Shown here: piece by piece, positions 1 to 9,694 of the stretch
Layout of the letters: every line of letters begins with the position of its first letter
Numbering within the stretch: the first letter of the stretch is position 1
From: Vampirovibrionaceae bacterium NZW_1234
GTDB lineage: Bacteria; Cyanobacteriota; Vampirovibrionia; Vampirovibrionales; JAGQHJ01
Assembly: GCA_041697335.1 (NCBI GenBank)
Contig: JBGUGD010000014.1
Coordinates: forward strand, 81,802 to 145,801
Direction: 5' to 3'
Length of the DNA stretch: 64,000 bases
The notes under the pieces: model-generated
Seen by the model: only the letters and a program-made list of their open reading frames with translations
Told to the model about the DNA's origin: nothing
Database searches by the model: none
Position numbers and translations under genes: made by a program

Positions 1-259
1 AATGACGTTAATTACCTACCAATACGCAACAAGCACAGGGTTATTATATTCTTGAGCCCGATATTGAACTATCGCCCTGGTGACTAATAGCCCAAAATGC
101 AAATTTGTTTCTCATCGATTTTCGTTGCGCTCAGACAAGCACCTTGCGCCCAATGAAAGGATTGACTGATAGCTTTTTGCTATCGAGTGTCTCTAAAGAC
201 GGGCCAGCACAAACCGTGCTATAGTATTCGCCTTTTAACACTACTCAGCCTGGAAAGAG

Positions 260-991
260 TTGACCGCCATGTTGGATATGACCGATAAACACTTGCTGAC
301 CTTTGATTGCTACGGAACCCTGATCGATTGGGAAAACGGGATCCTGTCTGCACTAAAACCCGTATTCTCGTTACACAATATTGAGCTTGATGACAATGCC
401 ATACTGGAAGCGTACGGTCAGGCCGAAAGCACTTGCCAAGAAGGCGCTTTCAAACCCTATCGACTGATTTTATCCGACGTTATGGATGTACTTGGACAAC
501 AGCTTGGCTTTACTCCAACCCCTCAGCAAAGCACTCTGCTGGCTGAATCCATTGCCCATTGGCAGCCCTTCCCCGATACGATCGCCGCACTGCAAGCATT
601 GAAAAGCAAATACAAGCTCGCCATTCTGTCCAATATTGATGATGATTTGTTTGAACACTCTGCCCGTCTTCTGGGTAATGAATTCGATTGGGTTGTGACT
701 GCTGAACAGGTGCAAAGCTACAAACCTGGGCACGCGCATTTTCACAAAATTCAGGAACTCAGTGGCATTGCCCCATCACACTGGGTCCACGTTGCGCAAA
801 GCCTTCATCATGACATTATTCCGTCAAAAGCCCTGGGCATTCCCAACATCTGGATCAACCGCCGGGCCGACAATCCGGGTTTTGGAGCAACTAAGCCTGC
901 ACAAACCACGCCAGATATGACCTTTCCCTCTTTAGACGCGTTTGCGGCCTACGCCCTCAACACTGCAACAATGCCCTTATCAGCGCATTAG
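260..991 (+). CDS. HAD-superfamily hydrolase, haloacid dehalogenase type II-like
   Basis: Motif I FDCYGTLIDWE, motif II LSN, YKP, and HVAQSLHHDI are typical of L-2-haloacid dehalogenase-like HADs. The start may be the ATG at 269 or 278. Confidence 0.9.
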   Translation: MTAMLDMTDKHLLTFDCYGTLIDWENGILSALKPVFSLHNIELDDNAILEAYGQAESTCQEGAFKPYRLILSDVMDVLGQQLGFTPTPQQSTLLAESIAHWQPFPDTIAALQALKSKYKLAILSNIDDDLFEHSARLLGNEFDWVVTAEQVQSYKPGHAHFHKIQELSGIAPSHWVHVAQSLHHDIIPSKALGIPNIWINRRADNPGFGATKPAQTTPDMTFPSLDAFAAYALNTATMPLSAH

Positions 992-1119
992 CCTGTCACG
1001 TCTAGCGGTTCCCCTTCGCAAAGAAATATTACGAACCCCAGTCTCCAAAATTTAATTTTCAGACATCCTTTCCGATATACCTTTATATATAATTATAGGT
1101 AATTTGGAGAAGATGGAGA

Positions 1120-1482
1120 TTGAATAAGCGTTGGTACGATTCTGAACCGTCCGTGTCGATGGCTATCAGTCTGCTGCAGAATACCTCACGAGAGAATCGG
1201 GACCATGCCACAACGTGGCTTGAATCTCGCGTGATGAAGCTAAACCCCCATGCAATTCCCACAGTGGCCACCCAACACCAGGGAAACTGGATGTTACGAC
1301 TGATTCAAAAGCGCAAGACATTGACCGAAAAGCTCTGGGTTGTCATTGAATCCTTACGCCATGTGCCGGAAACCGATCGCCGCAGTTTGGCATCAGACCT
1401 CATCAATTATATCGACTACCTCGAACATGAGGCTGATCCGGAGGACTTATTCTCAACGAATCAACTTGAGGCCGTCTTATAA
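1120..1482 (+). CDS. Hypothetical protein (120 aa)
   Basis: TTG start preceded by GGAGA, followed by an intrinsic terminator; no recognised domain. Confidence 0.75.
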   Translation: MNKRWYDSEPSVSMAISLLQNTSRENRDHATTWLESRVMKLNPHAIPTVATQHQGNWMLRLIQKRKTLTEKLWVVIESLRHVPETDRRSLASDLINYIDYLEHEADPEDLFSTNQLEAVL

Positions 1483-1514
1483 CCGACCCTTGTGGTCGTA
1501 GATTCACGATTTCT

Positions 1515-1545
1515 AAAACCGCCTGGGCTTCCTGGCGGTTTTTTT
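1515..1545 (+). terminator. Rho-independent terminator
   Basis: AAAACCGCC...GGCGGTTTT stem followed by a T run, just downstream of the 1120..1482 ORF. Confidence 0.85.
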
Positions 1546-1783
1546 CACGCACGCAAGACCCAAGAACCCCCAGCTCCCATTGCGGTGACTTACCCCGAGA
1601 AGACCCAGTCTAAAGAGACATTAACCGATTTGTAAACGTTTTTTCCAAGTAAGGCAATTTTGGACTGAAATTTGTTTTTTTTTAAGTACATCTAAAGTAT
1701 GCCCTATTGGCTTGCGGGGCATTCAAAAATAAACGAACTGTAGGAAACAAGAGAGAGAGAAGAGAGAGAGGAACTTAGGCCGT

Positions 1784-1984
1784 ATGACAGAATTGGAATT
1801 ATTTGATAATCTCGGGATTCTGCTGGATCCAGAGCAGAATCGCGTCAGTGTCACACCTGCCATCCGAGAGAACATCAATATGCTGTCGAGTGTGTTCTCC
1901 GAGATGAATACGCAAAAAAGACGTTTTGGGACCTTAAACCCCGATATCTGGCTTGAGCTGATTCCCTGGCACAGCCTGAACTAA
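1784..1984 (+). CDS. Small hypothetical protein (66 aa)
   Basis: ATG preceded by a long purine-rich leader; isolated ORF followed by a strong hairpin. Confidence 0.65.
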   Translation: MTELELFDNLGILLDPEQNRVSVTPAIRENINMLSSVFSEMNTQKRRFGTLNPDIWLELIPWHSLN

Positions 1985-2004
1985 GACTCCGTCTGTATAA
2001 AAAC

Positions 2005-2032
2005 CGCAGCCACCCCATATGGGGTGGCTGCG
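2005..2032. terminator. Perfect 28-bp palindrome, probable terminator or stabilising hairpin
   Basis: CGCAGCCACCCCAT|ATGGGGTGGCTGCG; A run on the left, weak T tail on the right. Confidence 0.6.
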
Positions 2033-2087
2033 CTCATTTGTCTCATCATCCGGCCCCAGACATTATCCATATCCCGCCTAAAATACA

Positions 2088-2825
2088 GTGTTCGATAGAG
2101 GGTATCCCCTCTCAAGTCCTACGCCTAAACGATACGAGCAACAAGAATCCAACCCTATACTAACAGTAGCAAGTACGTTGATGGACGACAAACCGATGAT
2201 GTTGGGAACAAAAGACCAGATTCTCAGGCAAATTCGCCAAATCAATCAGAAAGTCCAGCTTAAATCGATTGTTACCTCGGCCCCTTTTATGGTGACCGTG
2301 GGGATGACCTCACTGATTCTGGGCGGCTTCGGGGGCAGCTATATGCTCCAGCAAGCGGAAGAAGGGGTCTATCCCCCGCTTTCAAAATCCGCGTTCGAGA
2401 TTTTCACAACACGGCCGGAAAGTGGTGTTAAGCCTCCGGCAAAGCCTAACGTTCATGCTGATGAACAGCCTGAGCCTAAAGACTTTTTATCCGAAGCATC
2501 TGTTTCCTCCCAGAACGACCTCGAAAGCGACGGGTTCAGCCTGCTGGGCCTGGAAGCGGGCGCAACAAGCCCACCGAAATCAGCCCGAGTAGAGACGATG
2601 CAATATGACCCCTTTGCCCCTCTGGAAGCCAAACGCCCCTATTTAATACCGCCTGAAGATCTCACTCAGAACCACGCACTGGATTCCACAGCGCAAGGAG
2701 ACTTTCCATTTTTCCGGGATGTCATTGGCAGTGGCGCCAACGATTACTTGGCTCCAACGGAAGAAACCACCGAGCAGATTACGTCAGACCCAATCTTGCC
2801 TGACTTTGTCCCGGAGCGCTCGTAA
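2088..2825 (+). CDS. Hypothetical single-pass membrane protein with acidic, Pro-rich C-terminus
   Basis: One hydrophobic segment (APFMVTVGMTSLILGGFGGSYML) followed by a low-complexity tail. The true start may be the ATG at 2181. Confidence 0.65.
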   Translation: MFDRGYPLSSPTPKRYEQQESNPILTVASTLMDDKPMMLGTKDQILRQIRQINQKVQLKSIVTSAPFMVTVGMTSLILGGFGGSYMLQQAEEGVYPPLSKSAFEIFTTRPESGVKPPAKPNVHADEQPEPKDFLSEASVSSQNDLESDGFSLLGLEAGATSPPKSARVETMQYDPFAPLEAKRPYLIPPEDLTQNHALDSTAQGDFPFFRDVIGSGANDYLAPTEETTEQITSDPILPDFVPERS

Positions 2826-2919
2826 GCGAAGTCCGCTTTATTGTCTTCACCCGCCATAAGGCCAAAGTTGCCCTTCTCCACATGGACGATTCCTCAGGGT
2901 TCAGGCATAATCACATGCC

Positions 2920-5403
2920 ATGAGTGCTGTTGAAACCCGATACGCATTTGCCCAAGTTCTGGTGGATTTGGATGCCAAGGCCCTGGATAGGCGAACGTTT
3001 TCCTACGCCATCCCGGAAGGTATGGCCGGGTCCCTGGATATCGGCACGCCAGTGTCGGTCCCCTTCGGCCGAATGAAACTCATCAACGGCTACGTGGTCG
3101 GGTTTACCAACTTTGTGGATCCGGGGATTCGGGTCAAGGAAATAGCCGATATTTTAGACGAAGAACCCCTGTTTGACTTGCCCTATCTGGAATTTCTGGA
3201 TTGGGTGGCGCAGTATTATGCGACTCCCCTGGTGACGGTTCTCTCAGCCGCCCTACCCAGCAGCATTACGCAGAAGACCCGGCGGGAAGTCTTTTTAGAG
3301 ACGCATCAACTGGCACCCGAATACACCTACCTGTTGCCTCGTCCAGCGCAAAAGATATTGGCCTTTTTAAAGGAACGCCCTCCCGGCAAGGGGGTTCGCG
3401 TGCGCTTTGTGGCCAGCCAGACCGGCCTGCCGCTGAAACTGGTCAACCAGCTCCTCTATAAATTTAAAGAAGAGGGTATCGTTCGCATCCAAAGCCAAGC
3501 CACAGGCTCCATGCGAGAGAAACGGGTCAAATGGATTCGTCTGGCGACCCCTGAGCCCCAACAATCCTTGACACCGAAACAAGCCGAAGTACTAAACCGG
3601 TTACAGCAAGTGCTGACCTCGGAAATGCCCTTAAGCGATGCGGCCGATCAAGCGCAAACCAATACGTCCATGCTTCAGAAACTTGCCGCGGCAGGCGCCA
3701 TTGATATTTTTGAAGCCCCAAAACATCGGGACAGGGATCCCTTAGCCTATTATGACGCCGTTAAACCGGCCCTCGGTGAGTTGATTTTAAACGACGAGCA
3801 ATCTCGAGCCGTTCAGCGGGTTCTTGACGCAGAAGCACACTCACAACATCTGCTGTACGGGGTTACGGGTTCCGGTAAAACCGAAGTATACCTGGCTCTC
3901 ACCAAAGCCGTTCTGGATGCAGGCCAGTCCGTTATGATTATGGTGCCGGAGATCTCACTGACCTCCCATATTGCCAAGCGTTTTATCCAGCGCTTTGGTC
4001 TGGAGCACATGGCCATTTGGCATAGTCATTTATCGGCAGGCGAGAAAGTGGATGCCTGGCGCCGAATCCATCAAGGCGAACTTCGGATTGTGATTGGGGC
4101 CCGCTCGGCCATTTTCACCCCCATGCAGAATCTGGGCCTGATTATCATGGACGAAGAACATGAAGGCAGCTTCAAGCAGGACAGCCCCGCCCCCCGTTAT
4201 CATGCCAAGACCCTGGCCATGGAGCTCAGTCATCGTACCGGGGCCAAGCTGGTTTTGGGCAGTGCCACACCGGATGTTGAGACGTTTTACCACGCCAAGC
4301 AAGACGATCGCATTCTTCCCTTAACCCAACGCTACGCCGGGCGGTCACTGCCCGATGTTACCGTGGTGGACATGCACCACGAAAAGTCTCTAGGCCAACA
4401 GGGCATCTTGTCCAACGCCCTTCGAGTGGCCCTTCAGGCTTCGGTGGAAGCCCAGGATCAGGCCATTATCCTTCTGAACCGCCGGGGCTTTTACACCATG
4501 ATCACCTGCAACAACTGTGACGAGGTGTTCCAATGCCCCCACTGCGCCGTGGCACTCACCTACCATCGCTACCGGGAAAAGGTACGCTGCCACTACTGTG
4601 GCCATGAAGCCGACAAGCCCCAGTTCTGCCCCCACTGCGCCAGCTTTGATCTGGCATTTGGAGGGACCGGAACCCAGCGCCTGGAAGAAGAAGTGGCCGA
4701 CTTTTTGCCGGACGCCCGTATTTTGCGCCTGGACAGCGATGTGATGCAGAAAAAGTTCGCCCATCGGGATATCCTGGAAGCTTTTAGTGCTCATCAGGCC
4801 GATATTTTGATCGGAACCCAGATGGTGGCCAAGGGGCTGGATATTGCCAATGTGACCTTGGTGGGTGTTGTTTCGGCCGATACGACGCTGGCCTTGCCGG
4901 ACTACAAGGCATCCGAGCGGGGCTTTCAGCTTCTGACCCAGGTAGCCGGTCGCTCAGGACGAGGTGAAAAACCCGGACGAGTCATTATCCAGAGTTTCCA
5001 GCCCCAACATCCGGTCATTCTCAGGGCCCAGGATCAGGATTATCTGGGCTTCTATGAAGACGAATTGATACGGCGCCAGGAATTTGACTTTCCGCCCTTC
5101 AGCCAGCTCTTTCGCTTTATTGTCAGCTGCCCTGACGAGTTTCGAGCCCAAAACTTCATCAAGGCGGCTGCCATTAACCTGCAGCAGCTTTTGGAAGAAG
5201 CGGGTCTGAGCGGGCAAGTCAATATGCTGGGACCGGCTCCGTGCGTAATTGCCCGGATCCAGGGCCGGTTTCGGTATCATCTGATGGTTAAAAACAAGCG
5301 CGGCGAAGAGGCACATCGGCTGATCACCCGCTTTTATCAACACGTCCAGGCCCCCGAAGATCTGAACTTTTTGTTGGACGTCGATGCCCAGAGTTTCCTA
5401 TGA
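2920..5403 (+). CDS. priA: Primosomal protein N' (replication restart helicase)
   Basis: GVTGSGKTEVY Walker A, DEEH, LGSATP, four CxxC zinc motifs, GTQMVAKGLD, QVAGRSGR. Confidence 0.97.
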   Translation: MSAVETRYAFAQVLVDLDAKALDRRTFSYAIPEGMAGSLDIGTPVSVPFGRMKLINGYVVGFTNFVDPGIRVKEIADILDEEPLFDLPYLEFLDWVAQYYATPLVTVLSAALPSSITQKTRREVFLETHQLAPEYTYLLPRPAQKILAFLKERPPGKGVRVRFVASQTGLPLKLVNQLLYKFKEEGIVRIQSQATGSMREKRVKWIRLATPEPQQSLTPKQAEVLNRLQQVLTSEMPLSDAADQAQTNTSMLQKLAAAGAIDIFEAPKHRDRDPLAYYDAVKPALGELILNDEQSRAVQRVLDAEAHSQHLLYGVTGSGKTEVYLALTKAVLDAGQSVMIMVPEISLTSHIAKRFIQRFGLEHMAIWHSHLSAGEKVDAWRRIHQGELRIVIGARSAIFTPMQNLGLIIMDEEHEGSFKQDSPAPRYHAKTLAMELSHRTGAKLVLGSATPDVETFYHAKQDDRILPLTQRYAGRSLPDVTVVDMHHEKSLGQQGILSNALRVALQASVEAQDQAIILLNRRGFYTMITCNNCDEVFQCPHCAVALTYHRYREKVRCHYCGHEADKPQFCPHCASFDLAFGGTGTQRLEEEVADFLPDARILRLDSDVMQKKFAHRDILEAFSAHQADILIGTQMVAKGLDIANVTLVGVVSADTTLALPDYKASERGFQLLTQVAGRSGRGEKPGRVIIQSFQPQHPVILRAQDQDYLGFYEDELIRRQEFDFPPFSQLFRFIVSCPDEFRAQNFIKAAAINLQQLLEEAGLSGQVNMLGPAPCVIARIQGRFRYHLMVKNKRGEEAHRLITRFYQHVQAPEDLNFLLDVDAQSFL

Positions 5404-5990
5404 TGCCTGACGATTCCCAATCCGCCCCGGTTAGCCGCAAAGACTTTATCGAGCAAGGCATGCGCTCCCTATTAGGCGCCCTTGCCGATAGCCTTCCATC
5501 GTTTAGCCCGCAGGAGGAAACCCCGCCCCCCCAAAAGCCATTGCTGCGGCCTCCAGGAGCCCTTCCAGGAAGTGCCTTTACCGAGACCTGCCAACCCCAT
5601 TGCGAGGCTTGCCGGAATGTATGCCCTCGGCATGCCATTTTTGAAGACAGCCAGGGACTTCCCTATATTGACCCCCACACAGCCCCTTGCGTCATGTGTG
5701 TGGACGTCCCATGCACACAGATCTGCCCCACAGAGGCGCTACAACCCCTCAGCACGCCCAATGCCATTCGGATGGGAACCGCCGTCATTGAACTCACCGT
5801 ATGCACAGCCTACCAAGGCTCGGGATGCACCCAGTGTTATGAGAGCTGCCCGATTCCCGAACAGGCCATCCGCCTGAACGAAGGGCTCCCTGAAATTTTG
5901 TCGCAAGAATGTACCGGTTGTGGTGTCTGTGTGTTTGACTGCCCCACCCTGGGCGCCATCACCATTCATCCCCCTGCACTGATTGCTTGA
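5400..5990 (+). CDS. 4Fe-4S dicluster ferredoxin-type protein, NapG/MauM/NapF-like
   Basis: LRPPGA motif, multiple CxxCxxCxxxCP-type clusters, MGTA motif; ATGA overlap with the priA stop. Confidence 0.85.
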   Translation: MMPDDSQSAPVSRKDFIEQGMRSLLGALADSLPSFSPQEETPPPQKPLLRPPGALPGSAFTETCQPHCEACRNVCPRHAIFEDSQGLPYIDPHTAPCVMCVDVPCTQICPTEALQPLSTPNAIRMGTAVIELTVCTAYQGSGCTQCYESCPIPEQAIRLNEGLPEILSQECTGCGVCVFDCPTLGAITIHPPALIA

Positions 5991-6108
5991 AACGGGTACA
6001 TCGCTCCATTTAGACCGTATTCGGCCATTCCAGAACAAGAGGAACGGAAAAATTTTCCGTTCCTCTCAGAGGAGCCTGTACACTTTCGACGTGAAACGAC
6101 TCAAAGGG

Positions 6109-7338
6109 CTACGCCTGGCTGGGATTCCGAAAATGCAGATACCCCATGCGCCACAGCTGGGTTAAAAACTCCCGGCCTTTGACCTGGCGCTTAGCCTCAC
6201 TCATGGCCATATCGGCACTATTGATGCAGTCACGGACGGTTTTGGTGCCGTCCACCTGGCGCAGCAAGGCCGCATAGGATTTCCCCAGGGTCATTCTTGG
6301 CGAATAGTTCCGTTGAATCACCAGGCCTTCCGGGGTGTCCGCCCCGACATCAAAGGCGTCTCCCATCCGGTTAACCGGCACGTAATTCCAAAACGCCTCG
6401 CTGGCCAGATCCAGATGATAGGTCTCTTTGGGCCTATCCGAGCGGCAGGCATAAAAGCGATGCTGGAACAGGCGCCCGTGAATGAGCTCCATGGCCTGCC
6501 AGAGCTGCTCGTCGGATAAATCGTTCAGCCGCTCGCGTAACTGTGGCATCTTGGCCATTTGCCCGTCGGGGTAGTAAAAATAATTCTCCTTCCAGCCCTG
6601 AAACGTAAACCCGCTGTCCTTCAACAGGTCCAGGCAATCCGTTACCGAATAGCCCTTATCATAGGCGTGGATAAAGGTATCCACCAGCCCGGCCCCAAAA
6701 TCCAGGCTCTCTCCTTCGCCCTGCATATACACGTTAACATAGTGGTCCGGTGAGACCCCTTGCAGGGTTTCCCGGATAATGGCCAAACTCTCGTCATCCT
6801 GCTTCAAGCCAATGGTCCGAAACAGGTCCTGCAACATATACACCCCGGTCCGGCCATACTTCCCGTACAGCATCAGAAAAATGCTGCCTTCCGGCCTTAA
6901 TACCGAGCGCAACGCCGACAGGGCTTCCACCGGCTCAGGAATGTGGTGCAGCACCCCGCAACAATCAATCAGATCAAAGTCCTTCCCCAGGCTGGCAACC
7001 TCCTGAATGGGCAGGTGGTGCAGTGTCAGGTTATCCAACTGGTGCTTTTGTTTCAAATAACGCTGGTGTTCCAGACTGCTGGTACTGAGATCAATACCCA
7101 CCACACGGGCTTGAGGGTGGGTATAGGCATACCGGGCCGCCGAGTTGGTCCCGCATCCGGCCACTAAAATATCCAGTTCCGGCTGATAGGCCGGTGCCGT
7201 GGGCCAGTATGCCCAGCACATCTGTTGCGGATCGCTGGCATTTCGCACGCCTGGCGGCTCCTGAGACAGATCCATAACGGGCTCAGGGTACATCCACTTT
7301 TCATACTGAGCCTTAACGTGCGCTTGTGTGTCCAACAT
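6109..7338 (-). CDS. Class I SAM-dependent methyltransferase with C-terminal extension
   Basis: ILVAGCGT, GIDLS, FDLIDCCGVLHH, LRPEG motifs. Confidence 0.88.
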   Translation of the reverse strand: MLDTQAHVKAQYEKWMYPEPVMDLSQEPPGVRNASDPQQMCWAYWPTAPAYQPELDILVAGCGTNSAARYAYTHPQARVVGIDLSTSSLEHQRYLKQKHQLDNLTLHHLPIQEVASLGKDFDLIDCCGVLHHIPEPVEALSALRSVLRPEGSIFLMLYGKYGRTGVYMLQDLFRTIGLKQDDESLAIIRETLQGVSPDHYVNVYMQGEGESLDFGAGLVDTFIHAYDKGYSVTDCLDLLKDSGFTFQGWKENYFYYPDGQMAKMPQLRERLNDLSDEQLWQAMELIHGRLFQHRFYACRSDRPKETYHLDLASEAFWNYVPVNRMGDAFDVGADTPEGLVIQRNYSPRMTLGKSYAALLRQVDGTKTVRDCINSADMAMSEAKRQVKGREFLTQLWRMGYLHFRNPSQA

Positions 7339-7467
7339 ATCTGACTCCCATCCAGAACTGCTCTCTCGATACTTCCATTATAATCGGCCGCTGCCCTTGC
7401 CGACCCCACTTGATGGTGGGTTTTGCCGGGAGGGGACAAGCCCAGGAAAAGTTGATAAAATACGGCT

Positions 7468-7980
7468 ATGATCAAGTTCGTCAATAAACTGCGAGACTAT
7501 TTCGACCCGCCGCAATCGGGAACCATCGAGGGCGAATATTATATTCGCACCGGGGAATGTCATGGGTGTGGCCAGTGCTGTTCCGGCATTCACCTCATCC
7601 ACGGGGACAAGGTGATTGATTCCATCGAAAAATGGAACAAGCTCAAAACCCGCTTTGAAGACTACAACTACTTCATTCCCGTGGAAGAAAACCACCTGGG
7701 CGTTGTCTTCAAGTGTCGTAACCTGCAGCCCGACAACTCCTGCGGCATTTATGACGATCGACCCATGTTCTGCAAAAAGTACCCCACCGAAGACACCCTG
7801 TTGTTTGGCGGAGCCTTATCTCCCCAGTGTGGGTACAGCTTTAAAGCCAAGTTCCAGTTTGATGACATTCTGAAGAAAGCCGCCGAAAAAAAGCATTTAA
7901 AGCCCGGCAAACTGTTGAACGACGTGGTTCCCAAACCCACCCCCAACGAATCCCCGGATAAAACCACGATTGCTGGCTAA
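7468..7980 (+). CDS. YkgJ/FliB-like CxxCxxCC cysteine-cluster protein
   Basis: ECHGCGQCC and C..L..DNSCGIYDDRPMFCKKYP. Confidence 0.85.
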   Translation: MIKFVNKLRDYFDPPQSGTIEGEYYIRTGECHGCGQCCSGIHLIHGDKVIDSIEKWNKLKTRFEDYNYFIPVEENHLGVVFKCRNLQPDNSCGIYDDRPMFCKKYPTEDTLLFGGALSPQCGYSFKAKFQFDDILKKAAEKKHLKPGKLLNDVVPKPTPNESPDKTTIAG

Positions 7981-8121
7981 GAAGCTGTCTGCAAAGTCTC
8001 CCATTCTTGCATCTACTGCGTTACTCTGCTGCTCAGCTTCGTCACGTACTCAGGTACGCTCCTTGCCTCTGCTGTTCGCGCCTTGTAGCTGCTGCGCCTG
8101 GAAAACGTTTCAGACAGCTTC
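7981..8121. mobile_element. 141-bp MITE-like non-autonomous element
   Basis: Terminal inverted repeats GAAGCTGTCTG / CAGACAGCTTC (11 bp perfect, about 23 bp imperfect) and an internal CGTAC-TCAG-GTACG palindrome; no coding capacity. Confidence 0.6.
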
Positions 8122-8236
8122 GAATGGACTTTTTGTTTCGTTTTTTCGGGTTTCGAAGTTTTCATATCGACGCGCCCTGTCTTTTGAGTAAAATAGGGCC
8201 ATATTCTGCGTTTTATTGACTGAGGAGAGGACCCCC

Positions 8237-9190
8237 ATGCCCACCATGACGATTCCCAATTTGTACGGCCGTGATTTTTTGACCATTGAAGACTACACCA
8301 CCGAAGAAGTCTTGGCCCTTCTCGATCTGGCCCAGGCGCTTAAAGAAGAGAAAAAGGCCGGCAAAGCCCACCCCCTGCTTCAGGGCAAAAGCATTGCCAT
8401 GTACTTTGAAAAGCCCAGCAACCGCACCCGGGTGAGCTTTGAAGTGGGTATTTATGACCTCGGCGCTCATCCCATCTATCTTCGTAAGGAGGAAATCAAC
8501 CTGGGCGTTCGCGAAACCATTGCCGACACGGCTCGCACCCTCAGCCGCTATGTCGATGGCATTATGATTCGTACCTTTGCCCAATCCGACGTGGATGAAT
8601 TGGCCCAATGGGCTTCAGTTCCGGTCATCAATGGGCTCACCGACGAACATCACCCCTGCCAGGTCATGGCCGACTTGTTGTCCGTGAAGGAAGCCTTTGG
8701 CAGTTTTCAAGGCAAAAAGCTGGCCTACATTGGCGACGGCAACAACATGGCCCACAGCCTATTGATTGGCTGCGCCACGGTGGGGATGGATGTGGCCATT
8801 GCCACACCGGCAGGCTACGAGCCCCATAAGACCGTTGTCCAAAAAGCGGAAGAAATCGGCCAAAAAACCGGCGCCACCATCACCATCACCCACAGCATTA
8901 CCACGGCGGCTGAAGGCGCTCATGCTCTTTATACCGATGTCTGGGCCAGCATGGGTCAGGAAGCGGAGGCCGAAGAGCGTCGCCGCACCTTCCAAAGCTA
9001 CCAGATTGACGCCAAGCTGATGGAAGTGGCCGACCCCAAAGCCATTGTTCTGCACTGCCTGCCTGCGCACCGGGGTGAAGAGATCTCCCACGATGTCCTG
9101 GAAGCCCACGCAGAAACCATCTTCAACCAGGCCGAAAATCGCCTGCATGCCCAAAAAGCGATTCTGGTGGCCCTCATCAAAAAACCCTAA
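8237..9190 (+). CDS. argF: Ornithine carbamoyltransferase
   Basis: FEKPSNRTRVSF, HPCQ, GDGNNM, WASMG, HCLP, QAENRLH; RBS GAGGAG upstream of the ATG at 8237. Confidence 0.97.
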   Translation: MPTMTIPNLYGRDFLTIEDYTTEEVLALLDLAQALKEEKKAGKAHPLLQGKSIAMYFEKPSNRTRVSFEVGIYDLGAHPIYLRKEEINLGVRETIADTARTLSRYVDGIMIRTFAQSDVDELAQWASVPVINGLTDEHHPCQVMADLLSVKEAFGSFQGKKLAYIGDGNNMAHSLLIGCATVGMDVAIATPAGYEPHKTVVQKAEEIGQKTGATITITHSITTAAEGAHALYTDVWASMGQEAEAEERRRTFQSYQIDAKLMEVADPKAIVLHCLPAHRGEEISHDVLEAHAETIFNQAENRLHAQKAILVALIKKP

Positions 9191-9212
9191 AACCCTCTTG
9201 ATTCGATCTGCT

Positions 9213-9240
9213 GCGGGCGAGAGAACACACTCTCGCCCGC
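9213..9240. terminator. Hairpin between convergent argF and ruvX
   Basis: GCGGGCGAGAG-N6-CTCTCGCCCGC, perfect 11-bp stem. Confidence 0.65.
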
Positions 9241-9254
9241 AACGGTTTTAAACC

Positions 9255-9677
9255 TTATTGGCGAGCCTGCTTATCCAGGTACTGCTGTAAGATCAATGCG
9301 GCGGCCGTTTTATCCGTCAGATGCTTCTGCTTGGACGGCTGAACACCCTGCTCTCGCAGGCTTTGTTGGGCAATCACCGACGTAAAACGCTCATCCTCAT
9401 AAACCACCGTCACCCCAGTGGCCTCAATCAATTGCTGGGCAAAGGCCTCTACAGCTTCCGCCGACTCCCCTTTTTCGCCGGTGCTCCGAAGCGGCAGTCC
9501 CATCACCACCAACTCGACCTGGTACTCGTCCATAATCTCTTTTAAGGCTTGAATCAGCTTTTTGGCAGACTGATTGGGCAGGGTATCATAGCCTGAAGCA
9601 AACATACTCAAGGGATCGCTAATGGCGACACCCACACGTTTTTTGCCATAATCCAAGCCCAGCAGGCGTCCCATCAT
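9255..9677 (-). CDS. ruvX: YqgF/RuvX family pre-16S rRNA nuclease / Holliday junction resolvase-like protein
   Basis: LGLDYGKKRVGVAISD, VMGLP, DERFTS, DKTAAALILQQYLD. Confidence 0.95.
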   Translation of the reverse strand: MMGRLLGLDYGKKRVGVAISDPLSMFASGYDTLPNQSAKKLIQALKEIMDEYQVELVVMGLPLRSTGEKGESAEAVEAFAQQLIEATGVTVVYEDERFTSVIAQQSLREQGVQPSKQKHLTDKTAAALILQQYLDKQARQ

Positions 9678-9694
9678 CGTCTTCCCAGTTGCAG

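Noticed and set aside
1053..1078. Sigma28-like promoter (TTAA-N15-TCCGATAT) upstream of the 1120 ORF
   Set aside because: Both boxes deviate from consensus and a TATAAT is also nearby, so it is not distinguishable from chance without TSS data.
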